Source of the DNA: Verrucomicrobiota bacterium
GTDB taxonomy: Bacteria; Verrucomicrobiota; Verrucomicrobiia; Verrucomicrobiales; Akkermansiaceae
Direction of reading: 5' to 3'
DNA length: 59,481 nucleotides
Assembly: GCA_037141475.1 (NCBI GenBank)
Contig: JBAXCM010000001.1
Location: forward strand, 1 to 59,481
Position 1 is the stretch's first letter. Each line of letters begins with the position of its first letter. The notes beneath the pieces are model-generated. The model saw nothing but the letters and a program-made list of their open reading frames with translations, had not been told where the DNA came from and did no database searches. This document shows, piece by piece, positions 38,365 through 47,483 of this stretch. The translations under genes and the position numbers were made by a program.

Positions 38365-39108
38365 ATGCTCACCCCGTGGAAGTCGTTCAAGTTGCCCGCA
38401 CATTTTGAGATTGAGTCCGAGTTGCGCGAGCAATTGAGCAATCGCCCGGGGCATCAACGATGTTTGGATGGGCGGGACGAATTGTTGCTGGTGCTCCATG
38501 AGGTGCCGCTAGCCGGTGTGCCGGAGCGAGATGTCTGGTTTTTTTGGAGGCGCCACGACGGGCGCTGGGCGCAGTCCGGCGGCAGTGGTCTGAGTGAACT
38601 CGGCGAGTTGCTCGACCGCTATGAGTTGGCCATCGACGGCCAGGAGGAGCGTTTGGCCAACAGGACCGGGGTGGCTGATATTTGCGAGGTGCTGCGGCAA
38701 GCGGCCCCGTTGGCGCGGGCCACCCGCAATTTGGTGGTGGCGCTGGAGCAGTCGATGGGGGCGGATGTGGAGAATCGAGAGATTCGAGCCAATCGAGACC
38801 GTGCACGGGAACTGGAGAGGGCAGCCGAGTTGCTCAACACCGATGCACGGGTGATCTTGGATTGCTGGCAGGCTGAGCGCGCCGGCGAGCAATCGGGCGT
38901 GGCCCGGCGACTGGAGGCCCTGGCCTTGAGGATGAACCTGCTGGGCGGATCTTGCTTGGCCCTGTTAGGAATCAGCTGGCTGTGCGGCATGCACGGGACA
39001 ACTCCCGCGCTGGTGGGCCCGCTTGTGTGCGGGATCGTTCTGGGTGCGGGTGCCACCGGCAGCGTGCTGCCGTGGCTCGCCGGCCGCAGGATCAGAGGTG
39101 TCAGATGA
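38365..39108 (+). CDS. Hypothetical protein with coiled-coil and two C-terminal TM helices (CorA-like topology)
   Basis: ATG 38365 follows TTGCTC-16-TATCAT. Helical core and two hydrophobic C-terminal segments separated by GMH (compare CorA GMN). Confidence 0.6.
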   Translation: MLTPWKSFKLPAHFEIESELREQLSNRPGHQRCLDGRDELLLVLHEVPLAGVPERDVWFFWRRHDGRWAQSGGSGLSELGELLDRYELAIDGQEERLANRTGVADICEVLRQAAPLARATRNLVVALEQSMGADVENREIRANRDRARELERAAELLNTDARVILDCWQAERAGEQSGVARRLEALALRMNLLGGSCLALLGISWLCGMHGTTPALVGPLVCGIVLGAGATGSVLPWLAGRRIRGVR

Positions 39109-40282
39109 AGCGGACGGCGTGCTTTTTGGAGAGTTTGAGGACGTCGCCGGGGCAGGGCGTGACTGGGGCGGCAGGGTCGGTGAGTTTTTCACCATTGAGT
39201 TGGACGGAGCCGGTGGTGATGAATTGCTTGCGCAGTTCGCTGTTGGATTTCTCGATCCCGAAGGCGGCGGTGAAGGCGTGTGCGCTGAGGCTCAGCACAG
39301 AAAGGTCTTGCGGGAGATTGGCCAACCGGAGTTCCGGCAACTCGGCCGCGGCCAAATCCTTCTTGGAAAAGCGGGTGTCCCAATCAGCGCGGGCGGCGCT
39401 GCCAGCGGCAGTTCCGTGATAGCGGCCGGTGAGTTTCTCAGCAAGTGCCTTCTTGGCGTCCATCGGATGGCCGCTGGAATCACGGGCTTCGCCTAACAAA
39501 AGCAAATAATACCGGTCCATCAGATCATCGGAAATGCTCATGAGCTTGCCGAACATTTCCTGCGGCGGATCACTCACGCCGACGTAGTTGCCGTAGGACT
39601 TGGACATTTTGCGGACACCGTCGAGCCCCTCGAGGAGCGGTAAGACCATGACGACCTGTTGGGGTTGGCCTTCCTCTTTTTGGAGGTCGCGGCCGACGAG
39701 GATATTGAAGAGTTGGTCGGTGCCGCCGATTTCGACGTCGGCGCGGATTTCGACGGAGTCCCAGCCCTGCATGATGGGGTACTGGAGTTCGTGGAGGCGG
39801 ATTTCCTGACCGGCGTCAAGTCGGTTGCGGAAATCTTCGCGCTGAAGCATCTGTTGGAGGGTGACGCGGGCGTTGAGTCTGAGAATTTCCTCGTAACTCA
39901 TTTGGCGAAACCAATCACCGTTGTACACAATCTCGGTCTGCGCCTTGTCCAAAATCTTGAACGCTTGGTCGGTGTAGGTCGCGGCATTGGCAAGCACCTC
40001 TTCGCGGGTGAGCGGCGGGCGGGTGGCACTGCGTCCCGATGGATCGCCAACGGTGGCCGTGAAGTCGCCAATGAGCAACACCGCTTGATGTCCTAACAAC
40101 TGGAACTGGCGAAGCTTTTCCAAGGCCACGGTGTGACCGAGATGGATGTCGGGGGCGGTCGGATCCACCCCGAGCTTGACACGCAGCGGGCGACCTAGCT
40201 GGAGTTTTTCCAGCAATTCCTTAGGAGACAGGACCTTGGCGGTGCCAGCGGTGAGTTGGGCGAGTTGATGTTCGGGGGACAT
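39101..40282 (-). CDS. tyrS: Tyrosine--tRNA ligase
   Basis: KLGVDPTAPDIHLGH (HIGH), YPIMQGWDS, GGTDQLFN, KMSKS and a C-terminal S4 domain. Confidence 0.97.
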   Translation of the reverse strand: MSPEHQLAQLTAGTAKVLSPKELLEKLQLGRPLRVKLGVDPTAPDIHLGHTVALEKLRQFQLLGHQAVLLIGDFTATVGDPSGRSATRPPLTREEVLANAATYTDQAFKILDKAQTEIVYNGDWFRQMSYEEILRLNARVTLQQMLQREDFRNRLDAGQEIRLHELQYPIMQGWDSVEIRADVEIGGTDQLFNILVGRDLQKEEGQPQQVVMVLPLLEGLDGVRKMSKSYGNYVGVSDPPQEMFGKLMSISDDLMDRYYLLLLGEARDSSGHPMDAKKALAEKLTGRYHGTAAGSAARADWDTRFSKKDLAAAELPELRLANLPQDLSVLSLSAHAFTAAFGIEKSNSELRKQFITTGSVQLNGEKLTDPAAPVTPCPGDVLKLSKKHAVRFI

Positions 40283-40288
40283 GGCGGC

Positions 40289-40327
40289 GAGACGCGAGAT
40301 GCTAGACGCAAGACTGCAAGACGCAAG
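40289..40327 (+). repeat. Degenerate heptamer tandem repeat (NAGACGC x~5)
   Basis: GAGACGC GAGATGC TAGACGC AAGACTGC AAGACGC AAG. Confidence 0.6.
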
Positions 40328-40695
40328 CCTCGAACCCGGGGCGAGTATGGATCAAGCAGTCACTTAAACTTTAGTGAGGTCGAGCCTCAAACGAGACGAG
40401 AGGTGTAGGGCCTTAAGCGTAAGCTAAAAGCTCAGAGCTCGACCTCATTACTTCCAACAACACTCCAAACAAGTCGAATCCCCCCTAACTGTCGGCCGTG
40501 GACGGAAGCGCATTGCCTCAAAGAAATGTTACCATGCGAGGACTGACCCCATCGATCGACCGATGTGCATGAATCAACAAGCGTCAATCATCAGTCAATC
40601 CAGTTCTGGAAAACTTGACTCCTTCACAAGGTCTCTGGGGCACGGGAGAGGGGGCTAGTTTTCCAACTCTTTGAAAATGAAGGTGTTAACTGATG

Positions 40696-42342
40696 TTACT
40701 CAGGAGCTTGCGCCGCGCAATCATCGTTTCTCGTCTTTTGCCGTCTTGAGTCTTGCCGTCTTGAGTTTTCTAGGTGCAGCTTGAGGATGCGTTTGAGTTC
40801 TTCGCTGGTGGCCGGGCAGTGAGTGACCCGGTGGTTGGAAGGGACGATGGTTTCAGAAGCTACCGGCGCGACGTGCGACGACCAGTACGGGACGACGCCG
40901 TCGCTGCTGGCCGGGGTGTCGCCCTTGCCGCGGTCGCCGATGACGGAGTGGAAGGAGATGGCAGGGGGCAGAGGGAGTTTATCGAGGGCAAGGATGGACT
41001 TGTCGGTTGGGGAGAGGGTGTTGATGGAAGTGGGTACCTGGGGTTGTAGGGCGCTGCCATCGAGGACCTTGCCGAGCGTCTGGACGGTGGTGTCGAGGAG
41101 TTCGACGGATAGCTGTTTGGGCAGTTTGATGAGCTTGGAAATAAGCACTGAGATGCGCAGGGTGGCAGCTGGGCTGCCGCGGTGGGGCACTGCCAGAAAG
41201 ACGACCCGACGCGGTTCGGGCAACGGCTGAAAGAGGGTTTCCTCGCGGATCACGCGGCGACTCGCCTCCGGCAGCTCGAGTTGCTCGATTGGTGTCTTGA
41301 AATAGGCATCGTAGAAGGCTCTGCCGGGAGGGGTGACGCTGGAGCGTGCGATCAAGCCGCCCATCGAGTGACCGACGATCACCATCCGCTTGAGGGATTG
41401 GTCGCCGCCTTTGGTGCGGGCGTAGGCGCAGGCTTGGCGCAGGTGTTGGCGGAAGCGCATGCTGCTGAGGAGCCATGGGTTGCCAGTGGGGTAGTTGTAG
41501 AGCCAGATTTGATAGTGCTGGCGGAACCAAGGCTCTGGGGCGAGGTCGTTGATGATGGTTTTGAACGCATCCGGGGAGGAGGCGAGACCGTGGACCAAGA
41601 CGAGAGGGATTTTGGCGGGGTCGTAAGGTTGGAGGAAATAGAGACCGGTTTCTTCACTGAAGCGTCCGGGCAGGAAGATGTTGAGGATTTTGAGTTCGTC
41701 GAGGTTGCTCATGTGCCAGTAAAAGGCGTTAGGAGCCGACCAATCAGCGGCGAGAGGTTGGGGGTTGGTGCCTATGCGGGTGTCATTGAAGAGCCAGCGT
41801 TTATCGAAATGCCAGATTGGCGTGGCACCGCCAAAGTCCAAGGTGGCCGTGGCGGGATAGGGAAGACCGGTGGGCAGTTCGAAGGCCGGCCGCGGCGTGC
41901 CAACCGGAGTGGTTTTTTTCCAACCCACGAGCGGGACACCGAGGCCGTCGCTGCAGCGGCGGGGACCCAAGAAGTATGTGCTCACTGAGGCTGCCGGAAA
42001 CAGCGCATCCAACTTTTCCATGTTCACTTGGCGGGCATCGGGCCGGGCGATGCGGGTGCCGAGAGCGGCAGCGCGGCTGTCCCAAGTGCCTGGGCCGCAA
42101 CGGAGTTGGTCGAAGAGTTTGGCGACATTGGCGTTGTAGGTTGCCTGGGCGGCGGGCCACTCGTCGCGGCACGATGGTTTGGCGAGGATTCCCCAAGCCT
42201 CGCGGGCATTGTGGGTCAGCGTGGCGGCGGGCACCTGCGAGGCGTAGGGCACATGGGTGCAGCGCGGCACCTGAGGTGCGCCGCAGTGGCACAGCAAGGC
42301 GGCGGCAAGCAGAGGGAATGCGGTAGCGGAAACGGGTTTCAT
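40696..42342 (-). CDS. Alpha/beta-hydrolase (lipase/esterase-like), probably exported or a lipoprotein
   Basis: Start at ATG 42342 with a signal-like LLAAALLCHCG. Motifs LVHGLASS, IVGHSMGG (GxSxG), VPHRGS and SDGVVPYWSSH. Confidence 0.85.
   Translation of the reverse strand: MKPVSATAFPLLAAALLCHCGAPQVPRCTHVPYASQVPAATLTHNAREAWGILAKPSCRDEWPAAQATYNANVAKLFDQLRCGPGTWDSRAAALGTRIARPDARQVNMEKLDALFPAASVSTYFLGPRRCSDGLGVPLVGWKKTTPVGTPRPAFELPTGLPYPATATLDFGGATPIWHFDKRWLFNDTRIGTNPQPLAADWSAPNAFYWHMSNLDELKILNIFLPGRFSEETGLYFLQPYDPAKIPLVLVHGLASSPDAFKTIINDLAPEPWFRQHYQIWLYNYPTGNPWLLSSMRFRQHLRQACAYARTKGGDQSLKRMVIVGHSMGGLIARSSVTPPGRAFYDAYFKTPIEQLELPEASRRVIREETLFQPLPEPRRVVFLAVPHRGSPAATLRISVLISKLIKLPKQLSVELLDTTVQTLGKVLDGSALQPQVPTSINTLSPTDKSILALDKLPLPPAISFHSVIGDRGKGDTPASSDGVVPYWSSHVAPVASETIVPSNHRVTHCPATSEELKRILKLHLENSRRQDSRRQKTRNDDCAAQAPE
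40731..40770 (-). repeat. Short tandem repeat (CAAGACG core) in the 3' end of the hydrolase gene
   Basis: Plus strand GCCGTCTTGAGTCTT GCCGTCTTGAGTTTT; encodes ENSRRQDSRRQKTR. Confidence 0.55.
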
Positions 42343-42352
42343 CGCGGTTGGG

Positions 42353-42628
42353 TTAACCGACGATTCTGAAGCCGGGGGTATGGTCCAACAGAGGGATGGT
42401 TTCGGCCATGAAGGACTTGATATGATGGGCGACGTTGGATTCCTCGGCGATCTCCCTGATGAAGGAATTGACTTCGCCGGGCTCACCCGTGGCTTGCAAC
42501 TCGACGGTGCCGTCAGGCAGGTTCTTCACCCAGCCACAGACGTCGAAGGCGCGGGCGAGGTCCTTGACGGTGTAGCGAAACCCGACGTTCTGGACGCGAC
42601 CAGTGAAAATGACACGCTTGGCAATCAT
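42353..42628 (-). CDS. acyP: Acylphosphatase
   Basis: GRVQNVGFR and GWVKNLPDGTVE; 91 aa. Confidence 0.93.
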   Translation of the reverse strand: MIAKRVIFTGRVQNVGFRYTVKDLARAFDVCGWVKNLPDGTVELQATGEPGEVNSFIREIAEESNVAHHIKSFMAETIPLLDHTPGFRIVG

Positions 42629-42637
42629 GGGGAAAAT

Positions 42638-43225
42638 TCAATGTCCGCTACCAGGTTTGGGTCGCTGTGTCGGGACCGCTGCCGGTCTGTCACCTTTGAA
42701 CGGATTGGTCAGCAGCGCGGAGGACTTGGAGCCGTAAATCTCCTCAAACGTCTTGCCGGGCTGGATGTTGTACACCATCGGCGCGCTGCGCTTGCCTTGG
42801 GCATCGATCACGTATCGGACGACCTGCAGCGGAATCTCCTCGTCGGGCTTTTTCGGATTGGTGCGCTTGACCCGGCTGTCAAACATTTCCTCCGCCACCA
42901 ACTGCGCGTCAGACTTGCGGTAACCATAGCGCACCCAAAAAAGCTCGTTCTTCTGACCGTCATAGATTTTGCATGACATCGGATTGCCATTCGCATCCAT
43001 CCGATAAACCGTCGTCAGCGTGAGTACGCCCGCCGGTGAGTAGGTTTTCTTAATCAGCACCAGGTTGTTCGGGCTGCGGGTAAAAATGGATTTGGAGCCG
43101 TCCTTGTGCTGCATGACACGCACGTTAGGGCCATCGACTGCCTCGAGGTCGTTGGCGGCGTGCAGCGTCAGCGGGCTCAGAAAAAAAACGAGCCAGAGGA
43201 TTTTCCAGATTGCCAGCAGCTTCAT
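42638..43225 (-). CDS. Hypothetical secreted protein
   Basis: Start at ATG 43225 with signal peptide MKLLAIWKILWLVFFLSPLTLHA. Beta-rich mature region. Preceded by TTGCAG-17-TAGTCT. Confidence 0.7.
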   Translation of the reverse strand: MKLLAIWKILWLVFFLSPLTLHAANDLEAVDGPNVRVMQHKDGSKSIFTRSPNNLVLIKKTYSPAGVLTLTTVYRMDANGNPMSCKIYDGQKNELFWVRYGYRKSDAQLVAEEMFDSRVKRTNPKKPDEEIPLQVVRYVIDAQGKRSAPMVYNIQPGKTFEEIYGSKSSALLTNPFKGDRPAAVPTQRPKPGSGH

Positions 43226-43275
43226 GGCGGTGAGACTAGGGGCAGGCGACGTCGGCTGCAAGGCGTCATTTCACG

Positions 43276-44115
43276 ATGATTTGGAAAACCCGGAGAGGCT
43301 ACCTCGACCTATCGCACCGAGCGCGGGTGATGGGCATATTGAATGTGACGCCGGATTCATTTTCCGACGGTGGGCGACACGCGGAGTTGGCAAGAGCGTT
43401 GGCCCATGCCCGCCAGATGATTGCCGAGGGAGCGGAAATCATCGACATTGGAGGCGAATCCACCCGCCCCGGTGCGCTGCCGGTGAGTGCTGAAGGGGAA
43501 ATGGAGCGCACCGAACCGGTGGTTGCGGCGCTTCGGGCAGAGTGGGACGGGCTGATATCCATCGACACCTCGAAGGCGGCAGTGGCCCGGGCGGCGCTAG
43601 CGGCAGGCGCTGACATTGTCAACGATGTGAGCGGGTTGCGGCAGGATCCGATGCTTGCGGAGGTGTGCGCGGCAAGTGGCTGCGGGGTGATCGTCATGCA
43701 CATGCTGGGTGAGCCGAGAACCATGCAAGTCCGGCCGCAATACACGGAGGTGGTGGCTGAGGTCCGAGGATTTTTTGTGGAGCGGCTGGCCAGTCTGACA
43801 GCGATGGGGATAGCCGCCGAGGCGCTGTGTTTTGATCCGGGAATCGGCTTTGGCAAGACCCTGGAGCACAATTTCACGCTGTTGCGGCGGCTTGAAGATT
43901 TGGAGGTGGGCGGCCGCCCGCTGATGCTCGGGGTTTCGCGCAAATCCTTCATCGGCCATGCCTTGGGCATCAGCGATCCTGTCTCGCGAGAGTCACCAAC
44001 GGTGGCCATCACTGTCTTTGCCCGCCAACACAACGTGCGGCTCCACCGAGTGCATGACGTCGGCCCAAATATCCAAGCACTTCACATGATCGAGGCGCTG
44101 CTAGGAAACGGCTAG
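43276..44115 (+). CDS. folP: Dihydropteroate synthase
   Basis: MGILNVTPDSFSDGG, DIGGESTRPGA, DPGIGFGK, GVSRKSF and RVHDV. Confidence 0.97.
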   Translation: MIWKTRRGYLDLSHRARVMGILNVTPDSFSDGGRHAELARALAHARQMIAEGAEIIDIGGESTRPGALPVSAEGEMERTEPVVAALRAEWDGLISIDTSKAAVARAALAAGADIVNDVSGLRQDPMLAEVCAASGCGVIVMHMLGEPRTMQVRPQYTEVVAEVRGFFVERLASLTAMGIAAEALCFDPGIGFGKTLEHNFTLLRRLEDLEVGGRPLMLGVSRKSFIGHALGISDPVSRESPTVAITVFARQHNVRLHRVHDVGPNIQALHMIEALLGNG

Positions 44116-44280
44116 ACCGTCCTGCTGGAGACTCCTCTCCTTCAAGGCCAACGGCCCGGCAATATGCCAGCCCAGGGCATCGCCCCATAAGCGCTAACTT
44201 AACCCAGCGTATGAAGAAATGAGCCAATTCTTTTTCCACTGAGGTCAGGAACCACGAAGGTCTGAAACTTGCGTCTGCTC

Positions 44281-45333
44281 TCAGCGGGCAGGAGGGATGG
44301 CGGGCCGCAGGGTGACGGCTACCCGGTACTTGTCCACGGCAGTGGCGATGCCACCGGCCAGCGCGGCCTGATATTTTTCGTTATGAATCAGCCGGGCTTC
44401 GTTGGGGTGGGTCAAAAACCCCCCTTCCAGCAGAATCGCCGGATGGGTGATGCCTGAAAGCACGGTGTAGCGGGCACGCTTGATTCCCCGGTCGATGGTA
44501 TTGTTGCCGAGAGAGCGCAGCACCGAGCCGTGGGCCGAAGTGGCCAGAGCCATGTTGGCGGAGTCGTGCTCATTGCCGGCCCGCTCGATTTTATCAGCCT
44601 CCACCAGTCCCCGGCCGTAATGCGCCACCCCGGGTGGCGAAAGTGTGAACGTCTCAATTCCCCGGGCGCCGCTGGCACCTGAATTGAAATGAATGGCGAT
44701 GAAAATCGCGTTTTCGGTGACGGCATTCGCCACGTTCACGCGCTCTTGCAGCGAGAGGAATCGGTCGCTATCGCGGGTCATAACGACCTTGTAGCCCTTG
44801 GCTTGGAGTTTGGTTTTGACGAGGTTGGCGACTTTGAGATTGTAATCGGCCTCGTTGCCATAGGAGCTGGTGGCACCCGGGTCCTTGCCGCCGTGACCGG
44901 CATCGAGCACCACCGTGTTGAAGCTGCCGGCGTTCTTGATGAAGTTGGGCCGCAGCACGGGATCGATCAATTTGGCCAGATCGGTGCGTGACACGTAGGC
45001 CTTGGAATCGACCTCCTCCACGGTCTTGCTGAAAACGAATTTCACGTTATTCATGCTGCACTCTGCGGCCCCCATGTTGAGTTTCATGGTCACCTTGGCA
45101 TTTTCCAAAGTGACGGTGGAACCGCTGCGGGTGAGGCTGGCGAAGTGATAGAACTGTTTGATGTTCTCCACCGGGACGTAATCATCACCGTTGATTTTCC
45201 TAACATCCCATGGGCTGGTTGTTGCGGCCTGGGAGGCACCTGTGAAGAGGTTGAAAGCGATCATCAGGATCGCAACGAGCCACTGTGCCTGAGTCACTGA
45301 GTTTGCAAGAATTTGCCTGTGGAACTGTTTCAC
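44281..45333 (-). CDS. N-acetylmuramoyl-L-alanine amidase (Amidase_3)
   Basis: VLDAGHGGKDPGA, EADYNL, IAIHFNS and PAILLEGGF. Start uncertain (GTG 45333 chosen). Confidence 0.9.
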   Translation of the reverse strand: MKQFHRQILANSVTQAQWLVAILMIAFNLFTGASQAATTSPWDVRKINGDDYVPVENIKQFYHFASLTRSGSTVTLENAKVTMKLNMGAAECSMNNVKFVFSKTVEEVDSKAYVSRTDLAKLIDPVLRPNFIKNAGSFNTVVLDAGHGGKDPGATSSYGNEADYNLKVANLVKTKLQAKGYKVVMTRDSDRFLSLQERVNVANAVTENAIFIAIHFNSGASGARGIETFTLSPPGVAHYGRGLVEADKIERAGNEHDSANMALATSAHGSVLRSLGNNTIDRGIKRARYTVLSGITHPAILLEGGFLTHPNEARLIHNEKYQAALAGGIATAVDKYRVAVTLRPAIPPAR

Positions 45334-45515
45334 GCTGCTTGGCGGGCAAGGTAGGAGATCCCTGCCGGAAGGCAACGGAATTCTTCGCCTGCTGATTGCC
45401 ACTAACCGACGGCCTGAAAAAACATGAGCGCAGCGGCAAGTTCGCCGCTGCGCCCAAATTTCTGGTTTTAAATTTCAATCAAACTTCAACGCCGCCGTTT
45501 TGGCAGCGTACGAAA

Positions 45516-46265
45516 TCAGAAGGCGAGCGAGAGCTTCAGGCCGCCGATGACGTGCTCTTGGCCAGTGGTGTGGCGGTTAACGGAATCCGTTGCCAGCTTC
45601 GAATCGGCGTTCACGTAGCGCACATACGGGGCGAGTGTGACGTCCTTACGGATAGCACAGGGCACCGAGATCATGGCATAGAATCCCTGATAGCCGTCCA
45701 GCGCCTTGCCGTTGGCCTTCGCCTGCAGCTTGGTGTCTTCAGCGAAATCCACACCGATTGCGGTGACGATATCCACACAGCTGCAGGGCTTGAAGGTCTT
45801 CGACAGATTGGCGTCGAAATACCAACCGTTGTAGAGGTCGATGTCATAGTAGGCAGTGGCGCCGAGAGTGATGCCGGCGATGATTTCGCTGCTGGCACCC
45901 AGATAGAGTTCTTGGGTGTTGAGCTGGGTTGCGTTGAAGAAGCTGTAATAGATATAGCCACCGCTGAGGTTGATCGGGCCGAGAGACTTGGTGATGCCAA
46001 AGGTCAGATCGAGCTCGTTGGGAGTGGTGTTGATCGGATTGTCGTTGACGGTTGCGTACCAAGCTGAGGCGGTGAAGCCGAAACCTTCGTAGGTGGTGGT
46101 GAGGCTGGCAGATGCTTCCACCATGTTGCTACCCAAGTCCACGCCACGGAATTCGTAGAGGGAGTTGTAGCCGATGGCAGCAGTGCCGGTGACTTCTTGA
46201 CCGTAGCTCAAGAGGGATGAGCCAGCGGCGATAAGGCTATAGATGATTGCGTTGGATACTTTCAT
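45516..46265 (-). CDS. TorF/Gcw_chp-like outer-membrane beta-barrel (putative porin)
   Basis: Signal peptide, YNSLYEFRGVD, ELDL and GYIYY motifs, alternating beta pattern and terminal Phe (GGLKLSLAF). Confidence 0.75.
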   Translation of the reverse strand: MKVSNAIIYSLIAAGSSLLSYGQEVTGTAAIGYNSLYEFRGVDLGSNMVEASASLTTTYEGFGFTASAWYATVNDNPINTTPNELDLTFGITKSLGPINLSGGYIYYSFFNATQLNTQELYLGASSEIIAGITLGATAYYDIDLYNGWYFDANLSKTFKPCSCVDIVTAIGVDFAEDTKLQAKANGKALDGYQGFYAMISVPCAIRKDVTLAPYVRYVNADSKLATDSVNRHTTGQEHVIGGLKLSLAF

Positions 46266-46366
46266 ATTGTGTTCGGGTATTGTGGGGGTTGTTGTGCTTG
46301 TCGGAGATGAAGCCGCTGTGGGCCGGCTTCAAGAAAAGGGATAAAATCGGCTCAATGTCTCCCGAG

Positions 46367-46382
46367 GCATCGACGGTGCCGA
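46367..46382 (-). promoter_or_regulatory. Possible sigma-54 (-24/-12) promoter for the porin gene
   Basis: Minus strand TCGGCAC-CGTCG-ATGC gives GG-N10-GC about 100 bp upstream of ATG 46265. It also overlaps a hairpin, so the call is ambiguous. Confidence 0.3.
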
Positions 46383-46446
46383 TGCTGGCGGAAACATGGA
46401 CGGGCATGCGAATGGCAGATGGTCGAGCATGGCTGGAGGTCGCTGA

Positions 46447-47292
46447 TTACGGCTGGACGGGTACATTCAATTCCATCCCCTTTGCCAAGGCTGTGCCGGC
46501 AACCAGATCCAATGAGTTGAGTTCATTGAGGCGGCTGACGGTGGTGCCGTGTTTCGCAGCAAACTCGCCATACGTTGAGTTTCCTTCAATGGCTATGGTG
46601 CGAAAGTTCGGCTTCCCTGGGGTGGACGAGGCTGGCTTGGACTCGCCGGTTTTTTTCACGCTGGCCGGTTCTGGAGTGGGAGTTGCACTAGTTACAAGCG
46701 GCTTGGCCGGTACTTTGGGCACGGGTAGAACGGGTGCCGGAGAGGTCTTTGGAGCGACGGGCGGGGTGACTTCGGCTACCGGGGTGGCTTTGGGGATGTT
46801 GGCAGACGGCCGCGCGACTGCCTTGTTGTCCGCCGGAGAATTCTTGGCCGATGCCTCGTTCGCAGGACCAGTTGTCTGGGTGGGGGCGACGAGATGGATC
46901 ACTTTGCCTGGACGCATTGCGGAGGGTTTCACGTCGGGATTGGCCGCAATCAGGGCGGCGGTGGAGATGCCAAATTTCTTCCCGATGCTCGTAAACGTCT
47001 CGCCGTTCTTCACCGTGTATGTCTTGCCAGCCTTGGCCGACGTCGAACCTGCGCCCAGTGGCGACACGGCGATTGGCTTGCCGGTAGTTGGCTTATCGGC
47101 GGTTGGCTTATCGGCACTCCTGGTCGTGAGATTACTCAGGGAGCGCAGGTTTGCGTTGTCTTCCTCCAACTGATGGATTTGCCTTTCCTGTTCGGCGCAC
47201 AGACTGCGCAGGGTCTCCAGCTCGCTCTTGGCGAACAAGCAAGATGCCCCAAACACCCACGATAGGGCCAGCAGTAGCAACGGTGACTTCAT
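46447..47292 (-). CDS. LysM peptidoglycan-binding protein
   Basis: Start at ATG 47292; signal peptide, short coiled coil, LysM YTVKNGETFTSIGKKFGIS...ANP, Pro/Lys linker and a second degenerate LysM at the C-terminus. Confidence 0.9.
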   Translation of the reverse strand: MKSPLLLLALSWVFGASCLFAKSELETLRSLCAEQERQIHQLEEDNANLRSLSNLTTRSADKPTADKPTTGKPIAVSPLGAGSTSAKAGKTYTVKNGETFTSIGKKFGISTAALIAANPDVKPSAMRPGKVIHLVAPTQTTGPANEASAKNSPADNKAVARPSANIPKATPVAEVTPPVAPKTSPAPVLPVPKVPAKPLVTSATPTPEPASVKKTGESKPASSTPGKPNFRTIAIEGNSTYGEFAAKHGTTVSRLNELNSLDLVAGTALAKGMELNVPVQP

Positions 47293-47301
47293 CCGGGCGG
47301 G

Positions 47302-47330
47302 ACGATAATCCGAAAAACGACCGCCGTCAA
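47302..47330 (-). promoter_or_regulatory. Sigma-70-type promoter, probably producing a leaderless mRNA
   Basis: TTGACG-17 bp-TATCGT, ending 9 nt before the LysM ATG. Confidence 0.55.
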
Positions 47331-47483
47331 GCAAAATTCAAGAAATCTTAATCACCAATTTTTCTTAAGCATTCTCCCTCTGAAATTTGCTTCAAGCGAA
47401 GGGCATTTTAAGGATGGAGGACATAAGAAATCATGCCCCCAACCTACCGATTGCAGCAGAAGTGGATTGCCCTGAAACCGGGG

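Noticed and set aside
40283-40695. T-box riboswitch or ncRNA upstream of tyrS
   Set aside because: No T-box (GGTGGNACC) antiterminator motif seen on the minus strand; an Rfam scan would be needed to exclude other RNAs.
43299-47173. Long antisense ORFs opposite folP (244 aa), the porin (223 aa) and LysM (308 aa)
   Set aside because: Mirror frames of well-supported genes with no independent motifs.
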